A stretch of DNA of 64,000 nt from Setoptus koraiensis (taxonomy: Eukaryota; Animalia; Arthropoda): contig CM106586.1 of assembly GCA_048013815.1 (NCBI GenBank), positions 3,596,001 to 3,660,000 on the forward strand, written 5' to 3'. Shown one piece after another: positions 23,478 to 34,200 of this stretch (positions are counted from its first letter, which is position 1; every line of letters begins with the position of its first letter). The notes under the pieces were generated by a model. The model was not told where the DNA came from and searched no databases. It saw only the letters and a program-made list of their open reading frames with translations. The translations under genes were made by a program, and so were the position numbers.

Positions 23478-25892
23478 CTATATGGTGGTCTGCATAGACT
23501 CATGTGACATTGGGTTCGCTTGATGCGAGATTGAGTTGTCGTCAAAATAAGGTGGCAGAAACGCGCTGGAATGAGATGCAATATGACTACTTGATCCTTT
23601 GGTATTATTATTAATTGTATTAATATCTATCTCGTTGGTTAGTTGATCCATCAATAGTCTATCAAATCTGTCAACTAAGTATAACCCTATCAACCAAACA
23701 GGTACACTGATAAATAAGGCCACTAAAACAATGTTGTCGCGTAATACTTGAGCCACTGTAGAAAAGCTTATATCTTCGATGACATCCCAAAATCTCTCGA
23801 CGACATCTTGTACTTTTTGTTCGCAGCGGCCTTTTTCGCAAATTCCACGGTAACACAGAGTTCCATCGGCTAGTAAAGGCAATTTAGCACCATATTCATA
23901 AGGCCTGCACTGCTGCTGATCATAATTAACCGTAAACATGCAACACAATTTGCATGCATCATTTGGTTTCTCACACAAACAAGAAGTCAATCCTCTTGTT
24001 TCACAGAATGGCACACATTCGCCATTACGACATTGTCCTGTTCCTGTACAGTTGGTTCCGTCATCAGATGGAGGTGAATCTGGACATTCTGGCCTTGTAC
24101 CATCGCAGTATGATGCTTGTTTACATGAAAACGGCTCTTCGCTTCTACATAGCTGATTTGCCGGAGTTATCTGACAACTCTGGCAACACGGCGAATGTCT
24201 ATCACTACACATCATTCCTGGTCTCAATCTACACTTACTATCACAGCATTGATCTTCATATTTGAGGCCAACATCACCACCATCACATTCCTCTCCCTTT
24301 TCAACTATTCCATTTCCGCATAATCCTTTTTCCAAACTTGAGAAGCACTGATGTGATTTTTTTTGGAGCACGTGCCATACAGAGGTACGCGAGCATGGCG
24401 AAAAAAGCCTGTTGTTCCGATCAAAACCTTGAACGCTGTAAGCATGCATCAAGTAAGCACCTCCTTTGTCTGATTTTGGCGCGCACTTATTACTATCATG
24501 TTCTGCACCAAAGTTGTGTCCCAGTTCATGGGCAACAACTAAATCTGCTTGTCTAGTTATTAAGGTTTCTCCAGATATACTAAGTGATGTGCTTATGCCG
24601 GTGTTGAAATAAGATATAAAACCATCGCGTTCGTATCTTTCGCTGCATATGCCTCCAATCGAGCCAGGCCTAGCTGATGCTACAAAAGCCAACCCTAAGA
24701 CGGTTGAGTCAAATTTTCTGTAAGTTAATAGATGCGCCAAACAGTACCATCTACTGTCTGCGTGCCTTGAAAAATTTTCAAGAAATTCTTTAGCTCCCCA
24801 GGTTCTATTAGTTTCCATGTTATAATGCTTTTCGTTTTCAGAAGTAAGCTGGAAAGTGGTGTGGATTTCCAAAGAACGTACGGTGAATCCAATTTTGGTG
24901 TAAGGCTCGTTCTCTGAGTCATCAGCACTACTCCAAGTGGTGTTCATATAGATCATGTTAACTCTATCCATCAGACCTAATACATAATTTACAGTCGTGG
25001 GTAGACTTTGTCGTCCTACATGCGTGAAGAATAGCGTGTCAACAACTAGCAATAGAGAGCACCTATTTTTTATCTTCGGTTCTGCAACTATATAATCTGG
25101 TGATCGTTTGATTCGTTTAAAAGAATCAATTTCATTCGACATAGGCATATTTGATGAATTCAGATTATTTGATGAGTAATATTCGTTCATGTTCAAATTT
25201 TCACAATAAGCCTGTGGTTTGAAAGAGTTAGCCGATGAATTGTTAATACCTGTATAGTCATTGAGCTTGTAAACAATCATTGAGTCATTTAGTGATAGTT
25301 CAGATGAGGAACTCTTTAAGTTGTCTTGGTGTAAATAACAAGGTTCTATTATGATTAGATCATTTCCTGTCTTGATATGAGTAGCCATGATGGTGCCTTT
25401 CTCTAGAGAGTATTCATTACCTGACTCGCGGGTAATTTTATGACGGTGCTTGACATAAGAGGTAGTCTTGGCCATCATGGTGACGCTGGCCATTGAATGG
25501 GGATCACCTTCCAGTTTTCCTTGTAAAATTTGGTTCTCTACATTGTCGTAAGAATAGGGTTTCTTTTTTCCATTTTGGTCAATGGTATAAATTTTGAATG
25601 TGGGTGAGATCAAATTCGGTGATTGATTTAGAATGAGCTTGAATGTCCTGTCTAGAGCTTTGAATGATAATTTTCGTGCCGATGTTCTAGTGTCATCTTG
25701 ACCTGTGTCCCTAGTGACTAACGTTGTTTCTACAATGTCAGTTGATTTAATTATATCGAATTTTTCTAAATATGAGTGCGTAAATTCATCGTTCAAACAT
25801 AATGAGCCAATAGTCGATGTGGCGATTAATAATAATTTGATTAATAACTTGTAAGTTAGAAAAGGTGCATGCATTCTTGAATTGTGATCCAT
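23478..25892 (-). CDS. ADAM17: ADAM17/TACE metalloprotease, 804 aa, intronless
   Basis: Signal peptide, prodomain, furin site RIKR, zinc motif HELGHNFGAEH, disintegrin (CGNGIVEKGEECD), membrane-proximal CKLCC, CANDIS-like QDVVERFWDVIEDI and a transmembrane helix. Confidence 0.95.
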   Translation of the reverse strand: MDHNSRMHAPFLTYKLLIKLLLIATSTIGSLCLNDEFTHSYLEKFDIIKSTDIVETTLVTRDTGQDDTRTSARKLSFKALDRTFKLILNQSPNLISPTFKIYTIDQNGKKKPYSYDNVENQILQGKLEGDPHSMASVTMMAKTTSYVKHRHKITRESGNEYSLEKGTIMATHIKTGNDLIIIEPCYLHQDNLKSSSSELSLNDSMIVYKLNDYTGINNSSANSFKPQAYCENLNMNEYYSSNNLNSSNMPMSNEIDSFKRIKRSPDYIVAEPKIKNRCSLLLVVDTLFFTHVGRQSLPTTVNYVLGLMDRVNMIYMNTTWSSADDSENEPYTKIGFTVRSLEIHTTFQLTSENEKHYNMETNRTWGAKEFLENFSRHADSRWYCLAHLLTYRKFDSTVLGLAFVASARPGSIGGICSERYERDGFISYFNTGISTSLSISGETLITRQADLVVAHELGHNFGAEHDSNKCAPKSDKGGAYLMHAYSVQGFDRNNRLFSPCSRTSVWHVLQKKSHQCFSSLEKGLCGNGIVEKGEECDGGDVGLKYEDQCCDSKCRLRPGMMCSDRHSPCCQSCQITPANQLCRSEEPFSCKQASYCDGTRPECPDSPPSDDGTNCTGTGQCRNGECVPFCETRGLTSCLCEKPNDACKLCCMFTVNYDQQQCRPYEYGAKLPLLADGTLCYRGICEKGRCEQKVQDVVERFWDVIEDISFSTVAQVLRDNIVLVALFISVPVWLIGLYLVDRFDRLLMDQLTNEIDINTINNNTKGSSSHIASHSSAFLPPYFDDNSISHQANPMSHESMQTTI

Positions 25893-26049
25893 AGTGTATG
25901 TGTGAAAAAATATGGACGCCTAGATGCCTGGAGTATATCCTGGTCAATGTTACAAGTAAAAAAATGCAATATCACTGTGTCATCGATGAGGTGCGAAACT
26001 TGATGATATCAACAATAAATGCTTTGTCGATGGTGATTTTGTGATAGCT

Positions 26050-26217
26050 AATAACAATTATGATAATAATAATACTAATAGCAATAATAGTGGCAATAAT
26101 AGTAATAATAATAGTAATAATAATAGCAATAATAGTAATAATAATAGCAATAATAATAATAGCAATAATAATAATAATAATAATAGCAATAATAATAATA
26201 ATAATAATAATAATAGC
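26050..26217. repeat. Imperfect (AAT)n microsatellite with AGC/AGT interruptions
   Basis: Directly visible, about 160 bp upstream of the ADAM17 ATG. It explains the poly-N and poly-L pseudo-ORFs in the track. Confidence 0.95.
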
Positions 26218-26759
26218 AGAAATGGTGTACTAATTATAATAGTGTCAATAAATAATAATATCACTTTCACCTGTGATTTTGATCAACCGGTCAATCCGTG
26301 GCGATATGAGAGACAGGAGGAACAGATAGCGACACACACCAACAGTCACACAATAACAAGACAGTAACAAGCACTGCAGAAACGGCCATGCAACAAATGC
26401 GCAATGGCGAGTGCGCGTGCTGACTTATCGTGTTGTTATTTTATCTGCCCCATACACCATGGCACCGGCATCTTTCACCCAACCTGCAGGAATGTGTGTG
26501 ATTGTATTGTTGTCGCAGAGAGCTGAAGCTCGCGCTGAGAGAAGCGGCTCGCTAGTTTGTTTTTATTCTAATAATCCATCCCCGGCCGGGCCAAAATTGT
26601 CCTTGATGCTTCTTGAATTGACCAACACTCCTCAATTGATGATTCATCTCTTCTGTACTTTGGAAAGTACTTGAAAGTGACTTGAAACTTTCAAGTTGAA
26701 AGAATGTTCGGTGTGATCATCTTGCACCAGATGTCTCTGTCCCTCACTCATTGTTGGAC

Positions 26760-27166
26760 TAGTGTTGGACTAAACGTATAATTTGGTGCGCCAAATTTGG
26801 AAGAGGCTGGGGGGCAAGCACTTTTTGCCAAATGTGCCAATTCGATATTGTGCATCAAATTCGCGCGAATTCTCTCAAATTTACCAAATTCACCAAAGTT
26901 TGAATCCACTAAATTCGCCAAATTTACCATACAATTTCATCGTTAAATTCTCAAGATTAGCTGTAAAAAACTAAATTTTGTTGACTTTTCAATGCAAATC
27001 TGGCAAATTGGTGAATTTGAACTTTTGTGAATTTGGCGAATTTGGTGAATTTGGTTGATTTTTAGTGAATTTGGTGTGCCAAATATCAAATTGGCACATT
27101 TGACAGAATGTGCTTGCCACCCCTTCAAAGTTTGGCTCATCAAAATACACATTTGGTCCAACACTA
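26760..27166. mobile_element. Non-autonomous fold-back/MITE-like element, about 407 bp, with long imperfect terminal inverted repeats
   Basis: Left end TAGTGTTGGACTAAACGTATAATTTGGTGCGCCAAA..GGCAAGCACTTTTTGCCAAATGTGCCAATTCGATATT matches the reverse complement of the right end, TAGTGTTGGACCAAATGTGTATTTTGATGAGCCAAA..GGCAAGCACATTCTGTCAAATGTGCCAATTTGATATT. Similarity extends about 170 bp through AAATTC(A/G)CC subterminal repeats. No ORF and no 8-bp TSD. Confidence 0.8.
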
Positions 27167-28009
27167 ATATCGAGCTCGTGTGACACTTCACACGAGCTGT
27201 TACTGTGCACCCGACAGGCCATCTATCTCGTGCCAAACGTAACACGCTTCCACTGCGCGCGAAATGTTGTCATGATCTTGAGCACCAGATGTCCTACCAT
27301 GTTCCATTTATTGTTAGAACAACGCTTCCCACTGCACCATCTCTAAAACGATTTTTGGTGTTTGAAATGGGCGCCTATTTTGTGCACACACGACTGTACT
27401 GCACAAACAAAGCCACCATTGTGCATGGTGGGCACACAGCGCATGCGCCCGGTCGTTGCGCAGAAGCGACAGAGCAGCGAACGTTCGCTGCTTTGTTACT
27501 TCGAATTCGCATTCGAAATCGCATTCGAAATCGCATTCGAATGGCTGCCAGCTTTGGCTTTATCCGTTGATTGAATCATTCGTGGTTTGCCTCTTCATCG
27601 GCTCACGTCGCATTGTGTGTCAAGTGATCGTCGTCTCAAGCAAGTTACTAAATCAACTGTCAGCCATCATCAGCGAGCACAACAATAATAGTACAAGTGC
27701 ATGCATATTGGCCCATGTCGACCTGTAATCATTGTTCAGTTTGATTATTACTTCGCACCATGAAGATTCTTGGCTTGTCACAGTCAGCACACGATTTTGT
27801 TGGGCCCCAGCATCAAGTAGCCCCGTTGTGAGTGACTTGCAAATGCAGTGTACACCAAATGCGTCGCAATCATAATCGTAATCTTAGTTATTATCAGCGT
27901 CGATGAAAAAGAAGCCAGAAGCGTTGATCAAGACAGCAACAACAGCAGCAACAACAACAAGCCACCAGAAGATAGAAGAATCAGCAGCTTTTATAGAATC
28001 AGCACAATA

Positions 28010-28226
28010 ATGAGCCGCCACATCACAATGACAACTCGCACCACAAGCGGGCACCTCTTGCTGGCCGCTCTGTTGATGCTGGCCAGCACAGCACAAATAT
28101 TCAAATGTGATCCACAATTATCCCAATTATCCCAATTATCGTCATTGTCGAGCCACCAATTAGGCCGGCAAGCAGCATCACAATCACAGCTTTCGCGTCT
28201 CAAGCGCGACATGTCGGAGCTCGAAG
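28010..28226 (+). CDS. Cirl: Probable first coding exon of latrophilin/Cirl (signal peptide plus S/Q-rich propeptide)
   Basis: MSRHITMTTRTTSGHLLLAALLMLASTAQIFKC is signal-peptide-like. It ends GAA G|gtaagt, phase 1, matching the phase-1 acceptor at 42230. Linkage to Cirl is inferred from phase, strand and position, not homology. Confidence 0.65.
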
Positions 28227-31200
28227 GTAAGTTGAGACTCGACAGACTGATTAAACCAATCTGATCTTGTTTGTGGCGAGTGATTCGTGGAGGCAAGGGC
28301 AAGTGAATGTCTTAATCACACGGAATTCATCATCGTTCGACTGTCATGCTGTCGTCGTCACACAAGTTGTAAGTGGCGGCTGCTGCTATAAGTGGCCTGA
28401 GTCTCATGCCGGCGATCTCGTTCCAGCGAAACTCGTTCGAATGTCCAAGTGCGAGTGCTGACACAAACAAGTGCCCAGTGAGCCCACTCTCACGGTTAAT
28501 AAACTCATAAACTGTGTGTCGGGTACAACGATAAGATAGAACGAGATAGATATTGATATAGATGGATATTGATGTAACTGGCAGCATCGTTGGCAGCGCC
28601 GGGCCAGCAGCCACTAGAACGACGAGCAGCAAGTGGCTGCTGATCGCTCGTTTTCAATTAAATACAATAATAACACATAATGCTGTATCATGGGCGAGTG
28701 TCCGTCATGGGCATTGAGCGAGAGCCTCACTTGCTGGCGGATGATAATACACGACGTGGCTGGCGTCGTCGTGTATTATTATCATCATGTTGCATTAGTT
28801 TCATCGTGGATGCTGCTAGTATGAGCGTAGAGCGATAGTAGAGTGGTCAGTTTGAGTATGCGTCTAGTTTGACCAATGGAGAGCAACGTTTTGGCCGTTG
28901 CAGGCCTGAGAGCAGGGCATCTGAGAGCTTCTGAGAAAATGTGTTACTACCACCTACCGCGCCGTGAATGGCCATCCTCAATCATGATGAGCATCGCTAA
29001 CAGTAGCATCCTTGTTCTCTACGACTTGTTGTTTCTGGCGTGTCGTCGTCGTTGTTGCTGTTGTTGTTGTTGATACTGTTGTTACTCGCATTGGCACGAC
29101 AGCCAGTTGCAAAGAGAGCGAATTACATAAGCGCATAACGCAGTGAGCAATAACAACCGACAAGAGCGATGAAGATCAACATTAAAAGTCATAACTTTTC
29201 CACATGGCCATCGCATTATTAGCTATCAGCGTCGAGTGCTACAGTGTCAGTTGCGTAACAGGCGCTGCTATCATGGTCATGATTCGTGCCTGGCCCTAGT
29301 CAATTCTAATCCATTCAAAAGTAGCAGCCATGATTTAGTGTTGCCGGCTCATTATGCGAGCGTCACATTCTTCATTGTGGCCGTCGCTGTTGTCGCTGTC
29401 GCTGTCTAACCTTAAATGTTGTTATGTAACACGGCACACGCATGAGCATGTTTGTGCATTTGTGCATTTGTGTGTATTTTTGAGAATTATCGCCACCGAC
29501 GGCCATTGAAAATATTCAAATGTGTTGCACTCGAGCCCGAAGAGAGTTGAACTTTCGTGCCAAACTCTCACTGTTTGTCGCCCCGTTCGCCCCGCTCGCC
29601 CGTTCGCCCGCTCGCCCGCTCGCCTGTTAGCCGGCCCACTGCGTGCCGGCTCATATCGGCTGGCATATCGGTTGCTGATAGGCCAGACATGAGCCGCTGC
29701 GAGCTCATTTGAGCCGCTGTGGACCTATTCGGGCAGATACGAGCCGCTGCGAGCAGATATGAGGAGCGGGCGGCACGAGTGCCCGTCGATAATAAATCAA
29801 ATCGCAACCCAGTGTAAAATAACAAACTTGCGCAACATCGTCGCCAGTAATGATATTTTAACGATCTGCGTTTATGGCCGCCCGGCCGATAGGTAGCGTG
29901 TTGCAATTATTGCGACAGTAGTCGCTTCGAACGGCGCTTCGAAGGGCCCCAGCCAGCGCCGCGGAGAGCGCCGCTAACGGTAACTGTTTGTTTGGCCGAT
30001 TGTCGACCAAACAAACAGCGCAGCAGTGGCGCCCAGAATTGCACGTGTTGCATTGAGTGATATGCAAATGATTAATCGCGCGCTGGGGCCATAATCGATC
30101 ACCGGCCATATCTATTATGTGTGTAATATCTCTGCAGCGGCACCGCCATGCGACACGCAAACTGACTGGCGCGAACCGACCGACGCGAACCGACCCGCCG
30201 ACCGGCTCAGACTGACGCGAACAGACTGACGCGAACCGACCGACCGACCGACGGACTGGAAGCGCAGGGCCGCACGTTGGCGCAATTTCGCGACAACGGG
30301 CCGGAAAATGACAAGGAAATGGCCGCTCGAGTCACTTAACCCCTCGTTCGATCATCGTTCATGACGGCTCTAATGAGCATGGGATTTATTTTGATAGTGG
30401 CCGTCAGTGGCTGGTGCGGCTGGCTGTGAATTCATTTGCTTGCTCCATTATGCGCCGTCGTTATTGTTATAATTCGCGTCGCTTATCTTGTTGCTGGTCG
30501 TGGTGGCGAACAAGAACGAAGAATAAAAGAATTCTCTGCCGTCATCATCATTCAATTTGACGAGAGAGCTTTTTGCGCCCGCCACTGACCCATTGGCAGC
30601 GACCAACAAAGTGTCTCATTATTGTTCGCTGCCCACAACAACCGTTCTTCGCCGGTTCTTTGCCGGTCTTTGCCGGCACCAGAATTGATGGGCGCCCGCT
30701 CTGCCCGAGAGCGCAGGCCCGAGAGCGCCAGCGAAACATGGCTGGCGTGTTTCGCTGGAAATGCCACTAGATTAGTTGCGCGAATCAGCCCGTGCCATAC
30801 CGAGGAATGGCCATTCTTTCGTGCCCGTCGTTCGGGCCGTTCGAACGTCGAACGTTCGCGTCAGCGTTACAATGGGCGACCTCGGTGCGCCCGACGCACA
30901 GTCGGCCGACTCGGCCGACAGTTGGAAGGCGGCGTTCGCGGCAGCGCCCGCCGAACGAGCGCTCCACGAGCACGCCGGCCGAAGCACTTCAAGCACGAGC
31001 TCACCTTTTGTTGTTGCTGATGGTGTTGTTGTCATTAGTTAAATTGCATTAATTCTGTCGCTCGTGTCTGCTGGTCGGGCACCGGCACACACCGGCCCAA
31101 CGTTCGCTCTCCCATTGCGGCCGGGCCCGGCCCGGCCAACGAGACCGGGCCGACTGCCGGCGACGACTGCCGGCGACGACTGCCGGCAGCGCGGCTGCCG

Positions 31201-34200
31201 GGGCTGGGGCTGCGGGCTGACCCGGTTGGCGCGGGTCGCAGTTTCACAGCGAAGCCCCCAATAATTCAATAACGATCTGTATTGTTGTCGGGGCAGTGCA
31301 TTGTGCCGGCAGCACCACTTCATATAATGTACAATATACAATAATACACAATATGCAAATACAATATAATAATAATATAATACTTTGCTATTTACATTTA
31401 ATTTTTGTTTGCTCGCTCGCAATTACGGGCCCCCATTATTGTTCCATATGCCACCAGTGCTCTCACTACTTGTCAGTGATCACCATTGAATGTGACAACT
31501 GCGACTGAGCGCACCAACAATCCCATCACGCCAGTCGAGCCGATCTCTCCCTTTCGCGAGCGCCTCTCCCTTTCGCGAGCGCCTCTCCCTTTCGAGAGCG
31601 TCTCTCCCTGGCTGCCATGCACTCGTATTTGTATATTTATGCATTTAAATATATTCATAAGATACTTTGCACAATTATCTGTGTGTATCTGTGTCTCGAC
31701 ATGGCATGGGTCGCACGGCTCACAGCTCGGCGATAAGCGACAGGCCGCGTCCGCGCACTTGATTTATGCCGGCTACTCAATCTTGGCGCTCCGGTGTCAG
31801 CTGACAAACAAAGCAACAAGGCAGTCTTACATCAAAGAAGTGTCACTGGGTACATTGTAGCAACTCACCTGAGACTCACCTGAGACTCACGCGAGACTCA
31901 CCCGAGACTCGCCTGAGCGACGCAAACGCAATGATTGAGCGGCGCTCTAATCAGCGCTGCCAGTGACGTAATCAGGCGACTTGAGCGCACTTGTCACAAT
32001 AAATAATATTTAATCATAATGTTCAATTTGATACTGATACTGCCAATAAATAATATGATTAACTGTGTCGTAAAAGGCACAAGCGCCATAAATCAGCATC
32101 GCCGGCGACAGTGTCACCGCGCTGCTTATCGTGCGCGATTATCTATGGGCGCTTACCTAAACGGCCAAGCTAAATGCATGCGATACGGCGATACTGACAA
32201 GACGATTGTGAGATGTTGCGATGTTGCGACTGGATACCGACGGGCAGACGCTCGCCGGCCATTGTGCGCCAATCAAGGTGAGCCGGACTCGAGCGGGCAG
32301 AGGCAGAGAGCAAGAGTTGCCGCCCGTGCCGGCATGAATGGTGGAGTGGTGGACAAAACGGCGCTGCGTTCGTCGTGTTCGCGGCCCGGAGCAACTCGTT
32401 GAAAGTGCGAATATATCGCAGCGATTCGCAGCGATTCGCCGAACGGCAATTATCCGCGCCGGTCTGTGGGAGACGCGCTGGCACGCCGCTCCGACAAACC
32501 GGCCAGCGTCGACAAGTATGCCGTGGGTGCGCCACCTTTAACCTTGCTCGTTTGTTTGTTTGCCCGCTGACGACTTCATTTAACTTTGTGCTAATCTCGC
32601 CCATTCGGCAGGCAGCACCTTCGCACCAGCGACACCCGCCAGCGCGCCGGCCAAATTGAATTAATTCCAATTGGAGTTATTTTCCACTGCGCCGGCCGCC
32701 GCCATTATCCGACCCTTGCCAGCGTCCGACAAACGAGCCACTGAGGTGTGTGTGTATCACCGCTGACAACAGTGCCAACCGTCCAACGGTCGGGAATGGC
32801 CAGAGAATGGAAAGCGCCCAGAGAATGGAGATGGCCCAGAGAATAGAGATGTCAGCGCATATGCGCGTATGCAAATTTATGTGCTGTTTGCATTGGGTTG
32901 TTCAGTGTGTCGTGGTGTCATTGTTGTCACCGTGTCGCGCTCGTGCTCGGCCGAGAATATGTGTTTCTTTCGAACGCTGGCACGATTCGAACTGCAAGTC
33001 GGCTGTTATCGCCGACTTGGCCGGCGCACACAATTCTCAAGCGCCAGCGACTTGTCTGAAAATTGGCCGCCACAATGGATTGTTGTCGTGACCATTGTCG
33101 TGTCGTCGTTGCCACACTCTGGCAGCCAGAGCCGCTCATAATGAACGCGGCTCCCGATCGGTGCGACGGTGCCCATCGGCCACAAGTCAGCGTGCCGAGC
33201 AGTCGCCGATGCAGTGTCCGCGTCGTCGGCGATGCAGTTGCACCAACCGATCGGCCAACAAAGGCGCTGGCTGGGTGCCACCGAACTGGCGACGCTGGCA
33301 TGCACCGCTGCAGCGACAAGCTGCCAGTTGGTGCACAAACCGCAGCAGCGAAATTCTTTGTTTGTTGGAACATGTTGATTCTCGGTGCGCGTTCGCAGCG
33401 TCGCGACTCGCGACGCGAATCCGCTCATCGGAATCCAGTCTTCGGACTGGCGCTGCACATTGCCGCATTTCGGCCAGCAGCGGCAGCACAACAACAACAA
33501 CACAGCAGCAACAACAACAACAACAACACAACAGCAACAACAACAACACAACAAAAACAGCGACAACAGCAACAGCAGCGACAACAGCAGCACAACAAAA
33601 CAACGACGACAACTGGACAACAACAGCGCCAACGACGGGCGCAAGTTGCAATAATTCACTCTGTTGCACCCAAGAAGAAGAAAAGTTGTGCGTTCGAATT
33701 GGTGGCCGAATTCATTGGCTCAACATGTGTGCAGCCAATGAATTTAAATGGTGCCAAATGGCTCTCTTTGGGAACCATTCAGGCATGCCCGCTCCTCTCT
33801 TTATCCGCCCGCTCCGCTCTTTATCCGCCCGCTCCGCTCCACTTTCCACCGGGCTCCTCCGTGGGCCCGATGCGAGCCGCTTTGCCCGCTTGGCCCGTTC
33901 GGCGGCGCCGTAAGCGGATCAGCGCGCAAACTGGCCCGATGGTCGGGTAGTGGCCGTGATTGTCGGCGTGCCGCCGCCGGGCAGTCGCATCCCGAAGACC
34001 GTCGACTGAGCGGCGTCGAGTGCGGCCGGCACCAAATGCGATTGTCGTTATCCTCCGATGATCAGCCAACGACCAGCCAACGACGAGCCGCGATGCGCCA
34101 ACGATCGGCTCGCGATGAGCCGACGCTCGGGCTGCCCGACAATCGGCCATTGGAAGGTGCCTAATGACGCACGCACCATCATCGCCCCATTGCACCGAGG

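Noticed and set aside
10700-26000. AT-rich block as horizontally transferred or contaminant DNA
   Set aside because: All recognised genes are metazoan, with spliceosomal introns in Liprin-beta and AATAAA signals. A misjoin cannot be excluded without reads.
26041-26367. Poly-Asn and poly-Leu ORFs
   Set aside because: These are translations of the (AAT)n microsatellite.
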